DNA of 30,437 nucleotides, from IMG/VR virus record IMGVR_UViG_3300030372_004564, positions 1 through 30,437 of that record; one strand, 5' to 3'. This DNA comes from a virus (taxonomy: Duplodnaviria; Caudoviricetes). Within the stretch, counting starts at the first letter, position 1, and each line of letters begins with the position of its first letter. Made by a program: the position numbers and the translations under genes. Below are positions 17,597-26,409 of this stretch, piece by piece. The notes under the pieces were generated by a model. That model did no database searches, was not told the DNA's origin, and saw only the letters and a program-made list of their open reading frames with translations.

Positions 17597-20019
17597 TGGC
17601 GTCTAATATTATTCGGATGGTCCTCAAGCTCGACGATCAAGCGAGCGATGAGCTAAAGGATGTCTCACAAGAGACAGAGAAAACCACAGACAAGACGAAG
17701 AAGCTTGCTATGTCGGCAGGCAAGGCCGCTCTCGGCCTCGCAGCGGCTGGAGTCGCAGCTGCCGCGATGGCTCGATCAATCATCAGCATGGGTCAAGAGG
17801 TAGCCGACAAGGTAAACCTGATATCAGACATGTCAGTGTCCACTGGACTGGCTGTTGAGAGCTTGGAAAATCTCCAGCTGATGGCAAGGGCTACAGGCGT
17901 CAACCTTCAGGGCATGGAACGCGGATTTGTAACGTTTGCGCGCAATCTGTCAGACGCTCGGAAGGACATAGGCCCGCTGTCGGAGGCGCTATCAGACCTT
18001 GGACTGGATGCGAACCAATTTGAGGACACTGATGATGCCTTCAGGTCTGTGATGCGTGCTATTTCAGGCGTCACGGACAAGGCTGAGCAGGCGCGCTTAA
18101 TGAACGATGCTTTCGGAATGTCCTCCAAGGATTTAGCGAAAGCGATGCAGACTCAATTCGGGAGCGCTGGTCAAGCGCTCGACAGGATGGGCCTCAGAAT
18201 TAGCGAAAGCGCAGAGAGCGCTGCGGAGGCTCAGCGAGGGCTTGCGCTGTACGAGCTTGTGCTGGACAAGATTAAGCGCTCTGCATTTGAGGCGTTTATG
18301 GGCAGCGGTGGATTTGCTCAGGGACTGTCGGTAGTGGTAGGAGTTGCGAAGGGGCTTGCTACTCTACTTGTCAACATTAAGGAGTTCACTGTCGGCCTCT
18401 TCATGGCTGTCGCTAAAGGCATCTATTCGATGCAGCTCTTGATTCAAGGCGAGCTTGAGAAGTCAAACAAGGCAGCCAAGGAAGCACAGGAGGAGATGGC
18501 TCGATACGGTGGCGCGATTGTCTCGGTTCTAAAGGCCGATTTTATCACTGACGCAGTAGATGGAGCGAAGTCCTTTCAAAAGAATTTGAAGGCGTTAGGC
18601 AATCAAATAGAAACAGACGTCGCGCTGATGACGGAGCTTGATAGGCTCCAGAAAGATGTTGCATCATCTGCAAGCGCGGCCGCTGATTCTACGCTCTCTT
18701 TGGCTGACGCGCTCAGCGACGAAGAGCAGCGATTGAAAGATCTGGGAGAGAGAACCTTCGCAGTCAAGAAGGACCTCGACGCCCTGAACGACACCATGGA
18801 GACGCACCTCGGAATCGTGACCAAGAAGGGTCGAGGCTATTACGACTTGGCCCAGAACATGGATGACATGCGCATAGGCGCTGAGGGCGTGTCGGAGTCT
18901 GTGAGGTCGATCAATAGTCTCGCAGAGGAGTTTGCGAGCATTAGCGGCGCCTCGTCAATGCTGCAGCGTCAGCTAATGGGCGACACTGATGCCTGGAAAC
19001 TGCTGAGGCACGAGAGCAGAGATTTGAGGCTTGAACTCTTCGAGCTGTCAGAGGGATACCGGCGGACAGCTGCAGCCTCGGAGCTTGACTTTGCGAAATC
19101 AGATTCCGCTTTGTCTTCACAGATTCAGCAGCTGCAGTCGATGCGTTTAGTGCTTGCTCAATTGATGATTGAGTTCTCTAAAATTGAGCCGGCTTTTGAG
19201 AACACGACATACGCTCAAAATATCAAGGCGCTCATCGATGACATCAAGTCACAGATCGAAGAGCTTGACGTTGAGGTGAAGTTTAGGTTCACAGATGACG
19301 ACCTTCGCGACATTCCTGGAGCCATATCGCTCGGGGCTGGATTGGCTCAGAGCGTCGCAGGTGGGGACGTGTCAGGAGCTGGGCTCTCGTTAGCTGACCA
19401 CTTTGGAGCGAGCCCTATGGTCAAGGCGATTATTGGGGGCATTGGTGCGATAGCTGAAATTGGGCAGATGACTGTAAAAGAGATCAAGCAGAACGCGAAA
19501 GCGTTCGCAGAGAACTTGTCGAACGGAATTAAGGTCATCGCGAAGGCGCTCCCTGAGGTCATTATCATACTGCTGAGAGAGCTTCCCGTCGCAATCCTGC
19601 AGGCTCTCATCACTTTTATACCCCTGCTCTATGCGTCGATTGTGAATGCCTTCAAGGAGTGGTGGAATTGGAGAGGCTCAGAGGAGGGTCAGGAGTTCAG
19701 GGAAGAGAGGCGAGACACCTTCTTTTCTAAGCTTAGAGATATCTCAAGGGCTGAGATGTTCGGCGCTCGCAGCTTTTCAAGCGGGGCGGCCAGGGTCAAC
19801 CGCACCGGAATGGCTCTCATTCATCGGAACGAGACAATCATTCCAGCAGGCGGAAGAGCTGCGCAGGACCAGCATCACCGCATGGGCGGAGCGTCTGGTA
19901 TTACGGTCAATATCTCAACGGCTGTAATGGACCGGGACGTGATACCGCGACTCGTGCGGGAGATCGACAGGGTCGTCGGCACGTATGGCCGCACGACTGC
20001 GGCATTCGCTGGGAGCTGA
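17596..20019 (+). CDS. Tape measure protein (807 aa)
   Basis: Long helical Ala/Gly-rich protein after the chaperone; C-terminal FSSG..RVNRTGMALIHRNETIIP. Confidence 0.9.
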   Translation: MASNIIRMVLKLDDQASDELKDVSQETEKTTDKTKKLAMSAGKAALGLAAAGVAAAAMARSIISMGQEVADKVNLISDMSVSTGLAVESLENLQLMARATGVNLQGMERGFVTFARNLSDARKDIGPLSEALSDLGLDANQFEDTDDAFRSVMRAISGVTDKAEQARLMNDAFGMSSKDLAKAMQTQFGSAGQALDRMGLRISESAESAAEAQRGLALYELVLDKIKRSAFEAFMGSGGFAQGLSVVVGVAKGLATLLVNIKEFTVGLFMAVAKGIYSMQLLIQGELEKSNKAAKEAQEEMARYGGAIVSVLKADFITDAVDGAKSFQKNLKALGNQIETDVALMTELDRLQKDVASSASAAADSTLSLADALSDEEQRLKDLGERTFAVKKDLDALNDTMETHLGIVTKKGRGYYDLAQNMDDMRIGAEGVSESVRSINSLAEEFASISGASSMLQRQLMGDTDAWKLLRHESRDLRLELFELSEGYRRTAAASELDFAKSDSALSSQIQQLQSMRLVLAQLMIEFSKIEPAFENTTYAQNIKALIDDIKSQIEELDVEVKFRFTDDDLRDIPGAISLGAGLAQSVAGGDVSGAGLSLADHFGASPMVKAIIGGIGAIAEIGQMTVKEIKQNAKAFAENLSNGIKVIAKALPEVIIILLRELPVAILQALITFIPLLYASIVNAFKEWWNWRGSEEGQEFREERRDTFFSKLRDISRAEMFGARSFSSGAARVNRTGMALIHRNETIIPAGGRAAQDQHHRMGGASGITVNISTAVMDRDVIPRLVREIDRVVGTYGRTTAAFAGS

Positions 20020-20020
20020 G

Positions 20021-20854
20021 ATGGGCAATCCTTCGATCTATTGGTATCCTGACCCGCTGCGGAGCCTGGAGCGTATTGACTTCGGCGAGTCGCTGTCAGA
20101 CCTTCAGATCACGCAGATCCGGGATGCCTCAGACGCATATAGCCGTTCTGGGCGCCTGTACCGCACTCTGGGCGCTTCGAGGCTGCAGATCCGGATCATC
20201 CTGGAGAACTTCACCAACGAAGCGCTGAGGCGCGACCTGGAAAGCTTGGTCGCTCACCTGAAGGCGGGAGGCCCTGTCGGCTTCAGCCTCGACCATGACA
20301 AGAGCTGGGCAGGATTCGTCAACCAGACGTCAAGGCTGCCGGTGAGAGGGTCCACCGGTTTACAGACTCACGGGTCCGAGTTCCGGAAGTGGTCCGCCTC
20401 CGCGTCTCTCGACAGCGGTGACGAGGTAGTGATAGCGAGCGCTCCTCTTGAAGGGCTGATGGAAAACCGCGCCCTGTCCGCATCTCTGGCATCGTCTGCA
20501 ATCAGTGCAAATATATCGTCGGACCCGCTTGTCTACACCTACCGGGCTGACACCGTGGTCGTTAGATATCGCGACTTCTACCCGTGCCTCGTGCTCCCGC
20601 AGACGAGCATCGACGATGCGATTGTAGAGACGAATCACCGAATCAGCTACACGCTCGACCTAACTCTCGACGAGGACTGGGGGACGCTGGCCGCGATGCA
20701 TCAGGGCGGGTATCAGCTGAGGGACACTGACAACTTCCCAGACAGCGGCCACTCTTTGCAGCAAATCAGAGATGAGTCGATCTCTACTATGAATGACGCC
20801 TTCATAGCCGCGCCATTCGATGGCCTACGGACACCCGGGAGCCGGTTTAGCTGA
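20021..20854 (+). CDS. Distal tail (Dit-like) protein
   Basis: Position directly after the tape measure; GGGAG RBS before ATG 20021. Confidence 0.65.
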   Translation: MGNPSIYWYPDPLRSLERIDFGESLSDLQITQIRDASDAYSRSGRLYRTLGASRLQIRIILENFTNEALRRDLESLVAHLKAGGPVGFSLDHDKSWAGFVNQTSRLPVRGSTGLQTHGSEFRKWSASASLDSGDEVVIASAPLEGLMENRALSASLASSAISANISSDPLVYTYRADTVVVRYRDFYPCLVLPQTSIDDAIVETNHRISYTLDLTLDEDWGTLAAMHQGGYQLRDTDNFPDSGHSLQQIRDESISTMNDAFIAAPFDGLRTPGSRFS

Positions 20855-22422
20855 TGACATGGTCGGACCAATTCAGCCGAGACCTGTCTTCCGGATCATC
20901 GTCTCCGATATTTCTGCTGCATGTGCTCAAGTATGCAGGCACGCCCGGGCGAGAGTTCTTTATATGCTCCTCACCCGGGTACGGAGTGCCTGAGGCCGTA
21001 GGGATTGAAGTGCAGATGTCAGGCAGCGCTGTAAGCCCTCAGGGCTGGAGATATACGCACGGCACATGCAGCGTTGAGGTAGTGGCTGAGTCGATATCGA
21101 ATCTCGCGTACTCTGCGATCAGAGGCTCCATCTGTGTCGTCAAAATGGGCTTCCCAGGCTACAGCCTCGGAGAGTTCGAGCCGATCTACTGCGGAGTAGT
21201 CAACAACATCACCGGCAGCGCTCCGTCGTGGAATATAACGCTATTCGATGCGACATACCTGCTTACCTCAAGGCTAAGCTTCGGAGCGGCCGATAGGTCG
21301 AATCAAAATAATCTTTTCTACAATGTCGGCGGCGGCACATCATACGCGACGACAGTGACAGGATCGACAGAATTCACAGCTAACAGCAGCACAGAGTTAG
21401 ACCTCACGGATGCCTCGGTCCTTGAGAAGCTCAGCGGGTCTGGCACGATCGGCGCCCTCGTCGCCGATGATGGCACTAATGATCCGTTCGTCCTGCTATA
21501 TGACACGATCGCAGGGAATCAGGTACAAGGCATTGAGACTTCAAACAAATTCGGCACGACTCAGCGCGACCTATCTGCGGGAATGGCTGTCTATAATGCC
21601 GCATATCTTGAGGGGGACCCGCGCGTCATCCTGCTGAGGCTCTTGATCAGCGCCTCAAATAGCTCGACTCTGTACGACAAATATCCTGACTCATGGGGCT
21701 ATGGATTACCGATCGACCTAATAGACGTCGATGAAGTTATCAATGTGCAGACAGTGCTTAGTAACGCCCTATCTTCAGGGAGTTATGTGCTGCAGTATGT
21801 GCAATCTGAACAAGTGACCAATAGCTGGCTCTGGCTGTCGTCGTGGTTCAAATCTCTGGGCATAATTCCAGTCCAGAGGCAGGGCCTAATCAGCATGCGG
21901 GCCATTCAGGACCCGTCCAAGCGGCTGTTCTGGTCTGGTTATCACATCTCAGACGATGACATCGAGAGCGTGTCAAATTGGAGCGCATATCACCCTGAGA
22001 TGGTCGCAGAGTATCAGCAGACAGAAGTATTCACCGGGCAGCACAATCCAGCCAGCTCAGCTGTTAGCTCTAAGACCTCTTATTCGGTCCCGGCCACGCT
22101 GCCGGTAGCGGACACCGTCAGCTATTTAGCGGCAGATAAGATCTACCAGAACCAGACCGCTATAGCGAACGAGATCAAATCAAGAGTCGGTCTCTGGGGT
22201 CCTAACATCGCCGAGGTTGTCACCCTGCAGTGTGCAGGATTGCGCCTCGCAGGGCTCGCGCCTGCGGATATGGTCTACCTCTCGACAGAGGCCCTCAAGG
22301 GAGGCCGAATCGATGCCACGCGGAGCGGATACTCGAATCAGCCTTGCATGGTGCTCAAGGTCGCGACTGACTTCGTGGGCGGCCGCGTGACATTAGAACT
22401 CGCCGCGATCGATCCACTCTGA
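20854..22422 (+). CDS. Tail tip hub/baseplate protein
   Basis: 522 aa after the Dit-like gene; C-terminal LAPADMVYL...CMVLKV..DF..GRVTLEL. Confidence 0.7.
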   Translation: MTWSDQFSRDLSSGSSSPIFLLHVLKYAGTPGREFFICSSPGYGVPEAVGIEVQMSGSAVSPQGWRYTHGTCSVEVVAESISNLAYSAIRGSICVVKMGFPGYSLGEFEPIYCGVVNNITGSAPSWNITLFDATYLLTSRLSFGAADRSNQNNLFYNVGGGTSYATTVTGSTEFTANSSTELDLTDASVLEKLSGSGTIGALVADDGTNDPFVLLYDTIAGNQVQGIETSNKFGTTQRDLSAGMAVYNAAYLEGDPRVILLRLLISASNSSTLYDKYPDSWGYGLPIDLIDVDEVINVQTVLSNALSSGSYVLQYVQSEQVTNSWLWLSSWFKSLGIIPVQRQGLISMRAIQDPSKRLFWSGYHISDDDIESVSNWSAYHPEMVAEYQQTEVFTGQHNPASSAVSSKTSYSVPATLPVADTVSYLAADKIYQNQTAIANEIKSRVGLWGPNIAEVVTLQCAGLRLAGLAPADMVYLSTEALKGGRIDATRSGYSNQPCMVLKVATDFVGGRVTLELAAIDPL

Positions 22423-22428
22423 TATTAT
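22420..22428 (+). promoter_or_regulatory. Extended -10 promoter candidate
   Basis: TG-A-TATTAT, followed by AAGGAGG and ATG 22450. Confidence 0.45.
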
Positions 22429-22449
22429 CCCGCCCAAGGAGGCGCTCTC

Positions 22450-22800
22450 ATGGCTGCTATTGACCTCTCATCCGTTACCAAGGTTCCGTTTGTCCACTCG
22501 CAGGCGTCCGTCCCTACGACTTGGCAAGAGGTGAAGCTTCCCGCTTGGACCTGTCGAGTCACGATTGTCAGCTCTGCGGCTGCCTGGGTGACTGTCCCTA
22601 ACGCAGAGACGCCGGCCGATGGTGGATCTGTAGGTACTCACAAGGTGGCGATTCCCTCAGACTCTGGTGCCGTCTTCGTCATCAGAGGGCCGGACAACAA
22701 GCCAGTGATTCCAGGCCTGACCTATGCGACCTCGATCTTCGTCGCCGCTCAGTCTGGCACAGCCACGATCAGCATTACCCTCGAAGCCGGGCGGCAGTGA
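22450..22800 (+). CDS. Small beta-rich virion protein
   Basis: Canonical AAGGAGG RBS; 116 aa. Confidence 0.75.
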   Translation: MAAIDLSSVTKVPFVHSQASVPTTWQEVKLPAWTCRVTIVSSAAAWVTVPNAETPADGGSVGTHKVAIPSDSGAVFVIRGPDNKPVIPGLTYATSIFVAAQSGTATISITLEAGRQ

Positions 22801-23882
22801 TGGGTGTCTGGAGATGGACGAAGAGCAGCGGGGGCGCGGCGTCTCAAGGCGTCCGGGCCAATGCGGGCAGCGATAGCTCTCAGACGAACAACAACAACGT
22901 CGCTTTGTCTGGCTCTGCGACTGATGGCTCTGGGGGTTACACATACGCTTGGAGCGTTGTCACTCAACCGTCAGGGGTCAGCTCTGCGAGCATCACGAGT
23001 GCCACCAGTGCCAGCGCGACCCTGACAGGGATTAGTGCCACAGTCAACGGCACCTATGTGTGTCGCTTGACGGTGACGGACTCGGCTGGATTCACCTCGA
23101 CCGACCGTGTAGCAGTAGACGTTCAGGTGGCCGCTGCTGGTGGCTGGACTGATATTGTGAACATGACCTTTGCAGGGATGTCGAACCAGTCTCTGACGGA
23201 TGGCCAGGAGAACACGATTGGATCGGATGTCTTCTGGCTCGATGGGCTCAGCGCAACGGGCACGGCGGCAATTGTGAACGGATCAGGGCTGGAGTTCTCC
23301 TTCCCAAATCAGAGCGGACAGTTTGCAGTCTTCCTTTTCAAGGGTACCGGGGTCGCGAAGGTTAATGGGTCGTGGCCAAGATTCAGGGTCGCAGCGGCGT
23401 GGGATGACATCGTCTATAGTCAGAACAACGATGCTGTCGGACTGTGGGCGTGCGGGATGCCATACGCAGGGACGCAGAAGGTGCCGCTGCTCAAGTACCA
23501 GTACAAGCGAAACAGCGCGAGCACCTTTGTCCTCAAGCCGGCGATCCGCAAGGGGACCCTGAACTCTACGGGCTCAGATGTCACGCACGCCGACGTTCAG
23601 ACTAACGAGTCCGACTCGATGGTTATGGACTGTCAAGAGGGCGCCTCAGGCATGTGGCAGTTCAGATACACCGAGGGCACGACCACGATCTATGCTCCCG
23701 GCTCTGGAACGAACGCTGGATCTGGAATCATGGCTCAGGGCTCATTCTCCACCGATGGATCTACCTACTGGGACGAGGGCTCAAATAACAGCGGGCCATA
23801 CCTCGGCATCATGCTGAGAAGCAACAGCAACGGCAGCCAGTCGGCAATCCTGAAGCAGCTCATCATCCAACAATTCCTGTAG
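22797..23882 (+). CDS. PKD/Ig-like domain protein, candidate fibre or receptor-binding protein
   Basis: ANAGSD.....VALSGS.TDG....TYAWS...GTYVCRLTVTD.AG....D.V.V.V is a PKD-like signature, followed by a beta-rich C-terminal domain. Confidence 0.75.
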   Translation: MMGVWRWTKSSGGAASQGVRANAGSDSSQTNNNNVALSGSATDGSGGYTYAWSVVTQPSGVSSASITSATSASATLTGISATVNGTYVCRLTVTDSAGFTSTDRVAVDVQVAAAGGWTDIVNMTFAGMSNQSLTDGQENTIGSDVFWLDGLSATGTAAIVNGSGLEFSFPNQSGQFAVFLFKGTGVAKVNGSWPRFRVAAAWDDIVYSQNNDAVGLWACGMPYAGTQKVPLLKYQYKRNSASTFVLKPAIRKGTLNSTGSDVTHADVQTNESDSMVMDCQEGASGMWQFRYTEGTTTIYAPGSGTNAGSGIMAQGSFSTDGSTYWDEGSNNSGPYLGIMLRSNSNGSQSAILKQLIIQQFL

Positions 23883-23891
23883 GGGGTCATC

Positions 23892-24104
23892 ATGGCAGAA
23901 CTTGCATACAAGCTTGAAGCATACAGAGCAGAGGTTCACCCCTATAATGAGTCTACAGGGCGCGATATCGAGGACCTTGGAGACGGTACGATCGTGTCGG
24001 TGTGGGTCGCTGATTCGCGCCGTGGAGACATCGACAGAAATTCGACTCTCCGTGCTGAGCTGTCACAGATTATAGACGAGCTAATCGCGACGACTGAGGG
24101 CTGA
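23892..24104 (+). CDS. Hypothetical protein (70 aa)
   Basis: Compact ORF with AGGGGG upstream. Confidence 0.7.
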   Translation: MAELAYKLEAYRAEVHPYNESTGRDIEDLGDGTIVSVWVADSRRGDIDRNSTLRAELSQIIDELIATTEG

Positions 24105-24106
24105 GC

Positions 24107-24355
24107 ATGTCGGAGGCGCAGATCGATAAAGTGTGGGCTGTTACGAACGGCATCAGGCGAGACGTCAGCGAGATCAAGATCTGCATGGCTCGCCTCGATG
24201 AGCGCTCAGCAGCCCGAGAGGCCCACGTCGAGCTTCAGTCCATCCGGCTCGACAAGATGGAGCACCGGCTCCAGCGTCTCGATCTGAAGGTAGCTGCCGC
24301 CATGGGCATGGTCGCCTTGATCTCGTATGGCCTGCAGCTGCTGGTGAGTGTGTGA
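24107..24355 (+). CDS. Coiled-coil protein with C-terminal TM helix (holin/XhlA-like)
   Basis: LARLDER-type coiled coil and hydrophobic C-terminus; precedes the lysin candidate. Confidence 0.6.
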   Translation: MSEAQIDKVWAVTNGIRRDVSEIKICMARLDERSAAREAHVELQSIRLDKMEHRLQRLDLKVAAAMGMVALISYGLQLLVSV

Positions 24356-24939
24356 GCTACCTCCCGCCACTGCTTCGATCTGTCCAGGCTCTCGGCTATG
24401 CCGTCTTCGACGGTCCGCGAGATTTTGATCTAAACCTGGTGGCCGTCCGTAGCAGGGAGACACATCGCTCTCCGGACAAATACCTGGACGATATGCATGT
24501 CATATGGAAGGAGGGCGGGCACTGGCGGCAATGGAGCGCTGCGTGTAGTACAAGCCCCGGAGCCTACTATCTCGCCCATCCTATGAGGCCCTCAGAGGGC
24601 TGCGCTGTCATGGCACCCCAGCAGGCGCGCGGAGCGTACAAGCGAGGGCTGCACAAGGGGACGGAGTGTCTACGCCAGCATCGGCCAGTGCTCTTCTATC
24701 GTGATAACGACAGGGACGGAGAGTTAGACCTCGACGAAAGCACGCTTAGAAAGGCTAATACGGGCCTCCATATACATCGTGGAGGTCGGAGCGATCGGGT
24801 CGGACGATTTTCCGCCGGCTGTCAGGTGCTACACCCTGACGACATGGCGCACCTGATCAAGCTGTGCGACGCGCAGATCTCCCACAATCCCGGGTGGGAC
24901 ACCTTTACTTACACCCTGCTCGACGAGGCCCAGCTATGA
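24352..24939 (+). CDS. Putative endolysin with L,D-transpeptidase-like His/Cys motif
   Basis: GLHIHRGG......FSAGCQV, YRDNDRDG; lies among membrane-protein genes. Confidence 0.65.
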   Translation: MSYLPPLLRSVQALGYAVFDGPRDFDLNLVAVRSRETHRSPDKYLDDMHVIWKEGGHWRQWSAACSTSPGAYYLAHPMRPSEGCAVMAPQQARGAYKRGLHKGTECLRQHRPVLFYRDNDRDGELDLDESTLRKANTGLHIHRGGRSDRVGRFSAGCQVLHPDDMAHLIKLCDAQISHNPGWDTFTYTLLDEAQL

Positions 24940-25175
24940 AGCTCACCAGAGAACAGCGCAAGGCGCGCCGACGCCGCATTATCCGCAGAGCTGTAGCCCT
25001 TGCGAAAGAGCTGCACAGTCAAGACGAGGAAGCCCAGAAGGAATTTATTGTGGGAATCGTCAACCGTGCGATCGATATTCCGGGCCTCGGAGAGGTGGCA
25101 GAGCGCAAGATCTTGATGGCTGTCGCTGAGCTACTGATCGATCTCGCTTCAGAGGATGGAGACAACAATGGATAA
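24936..25175 (+). CDS. Hypothetical basic protein (79 aa)
   Basis: ATGA coupling at 24936; VNRAIDIPGLGE..E..I. Confidence 0.7.
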   Translation: MKLTREQRKARRRRIIRRAVALAKELHSQDEEAQKEFIVGIVNRAIDIPGLGEVAERKILMAVAELLIDLASEDGDNNG

Positions 25176-25410
25176 GAAGACCAAAGGCGCACTCGCGGCG
25201 CTGGTGGGCTCGCTCTGCCTGGGTGGCGCTCAGCTGATGGACATGGAGAGCAGGATTGCAGCCCTCGAAGAGGCGGCAGGCATTGAGCCTGAGAGCGCCC
25301 CAGAGCCCGCTGGAGAGCCCGCAGAGCCTAAGCCTGAGCCAGAGGCCACAGAAGAGCCTGAGAGCGCTCCAGAGGCCACAGAGGAGCCCAAGAGCAGCGA
25401 GGAGGGTTAG
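25168..25410 (+). CDS. Membrane-anchored Pro/Glu-rich protein
   Basis: Basic N-terminus, hydrophobic stretch, EPESAPE repeats; GGAG RBS. Confidence 0.7.
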   Translation: MDKKTKGALAALVGSLCLGGAQLMDMESRIAALEEAAGIEPESAPEPAGEPAEPKPEPEATEEPESAPEATEEPKSSEEG

Positions 25411-25412
25411 TC

Positions 25413-25742
25413 GTGGATCTGTCGATGATCATGGAGCACATCGACGCGATCGGCCTCGTGCCGCTGCTGCTGGCTCAGTCCTACCACATGAACCAGAAGA
25501 TGGACGCGCAAGCCGCAGCGATGGAAGCTCAGCGCAAAGAGAACGACCAGCGCACGACGGAAATGGTGAAAGGCTGGGAGCGTCAGCTTGTGGCGATGGT
25601 CAACAAGTACGAAGACAGGGAAAGTGAGATCCGCGCTCGCTATGATAGAGTAGTTGAAACCTACAATACCGAGCGGGACCGGCTCTTCCGAGACATGGAC
25701 CGGAAGCTCGACGACGCTGTGCGCTTCTTCCAAGCGAGATAG
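25413..25742 (+). CDS. N-terminal hydrophobic plus coiled-coil protein (holin- or spanin-like)
   Basis: IGLVPLLLA followed by a long coiled coil; GGAGG RBS. Confidence 0.65.
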   Translation: MDLSMIMEHIDAIGLVPLLLAQSYHMNQKMDAQAAAMEAQRKENDQRTTEMVKGWERQLVAMVNKYEDRESEIRARYDRVVETYNTERDRLFRDMDRKLDDAVRFFQAR

Positions 25743-25751
25743 CCGCCCGAG

Positions 25752-25814
25752 CCAAGGTGCTCATCCAGAATTGATGAGCTTCTTGAGCTTCTTAAGCTTC
25801 TTGAGCACCTTTGG
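25752..25814. repeat. Inverted repeat enclosing 9-bp tandem repeats
   Basis: AAGGTGCTCA (25754-63) / TGAGCACCTT (25802-11); TGAGCTTCT-like units x4 at 25775-25810. Confidence 0.8.
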
Positions 25815-25833
25815 TCGTATGTCGTAACGACGC
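25809..25833 (+). repeat. 25-bp direct repeat, left copy
   Basis: CTTTGGTCGTATGTCGTAACGACGC, identical to 26254-26278. Confidence 0.97.
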
Positions 25834-25835
25834 CC

Positions 25836-26003
25836 GCGCCACTCGATCAGAGCCGATCGATCACCATTAGGATCACTTCCGATTAGAGCGCAGTAGTGCG
25901 TTTATGGATATTATTGGATGATCTTCTTGACGTAGTAAGGTGTGCACGTGTTATAGTTATTTCACCGAGGGGGACACAAACCCACCCCCCGAAAGGAGCG
26001 GCT
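25836..26003 (+). promoter_or_regulatory. Promoter cassette P3
   Basis: GCGCCACTCGATCA; GATC x4; ATTAGAGCGCAGTAGTGCG; TTGACG (25927); operator TAAGGTGTGCACGTGTTA (25936-53); TG-T-TATAGT; GGGGG-ACACAAACCCA-CCCCC; GGAGCGGC. Confidence 0.85.
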
Positions 26004-26192
26004 ATGAACTGCGTTTATTATTGGCAGCAAGACAAGCAACAGTGGAACAAGGCTACCCTTGTCCCACGCTATCTTGGCGGGACAGCCACTACGCTCGCCG
26101 AGCTAAAGGCTGAGTGCATTCGAGCCGGATATCCGGCTGTCATCGGGTCTACCAGCATCGGAGCCCCCGAGGGTGCGCCCGGTAGCATCTGA
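26004..26192 (+). CDS. Hypothetical moron protein (62 aa)
   Basis: Start moved to ATG 26004 after AAGGAGCGGCT. Confidence 0.8.
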   Translation: MNCVYYWQQDKQQWNKATLVPRYLGGTATTLAELKAECIRAGYPAVIGSTSIGAPEGAPGSI

Positions 26193-26205
26193 GACCCCAA
26201 GCCCC

Positions 26206-26236
26206 CGAAGCCCTCCCTTAACCCGGGAGGGTTTCG
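26206..26236. terminator. Hairpin between convergent transcription units
   Basis: CGAAGCCCTCCC-TTAACCC-GGGAGGGTTTCG, 12-bp stem. Confidence 0.6.
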
Positions 26237-26253
26237 CAATTCAGACCTTTGGA

Positions 26254-26278
26254 CTTTGGTCGTATGTCGTAACGACGC
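26254..26278 (+). repeat. 25-bp direct repeat, right copy
   Basis: Identical to 25809-25833. Confidence 0.97.
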
Positions 26279-26323
26279 GCGCTGAGTGTGGCGGTGTGGC
26301 GGATGTGGCGGCAAATACAGGTA

Positions 26324-26400
26324 GCCCCCGAACACCCCCGGAGCGACTCAGGGGCGAACGGAGGCAGCCCTGAAGGGCAGGGCGCCTATCCTTGACGCCC
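26324..26400 (-). ncRNA. Predicted small RNA antisense to the GGAGCGAC start motif
   Basis: Three consecutive hairpins. The last has 15 bp, a 2x2 U/U internal loop and terminal loop AGUCGCUC. Four G-U pairs form only on the minus strand. -10-like TAGACT at 26412-26407. Confidence 0.65.
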
Positions 26401-26409
26401 CGCGCAAGT

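Noticed and set aside
22797-23882. Diversity-generating retroelement targeting the fibre
   Set aside because: No reverse transcriptase and no template/variable repeat pair seen.
25286-25390. GAGCC-rich repeats (also ~2590-2625, 9720-9835, 27813-27830)
   Set aside because: They encode low-complexity Glu/Pro linkers and are not a separate DNA element.
25761-26388. Minus-strand gene ending RRYDIRPKVLKKLKKLKKLINSG split by the moron
   Set aside because: The matching frame upstream of the right repeat reaches a stop at 26388-86 with no start codon; the KKL pattern may just reflect the 9-bp repeat.
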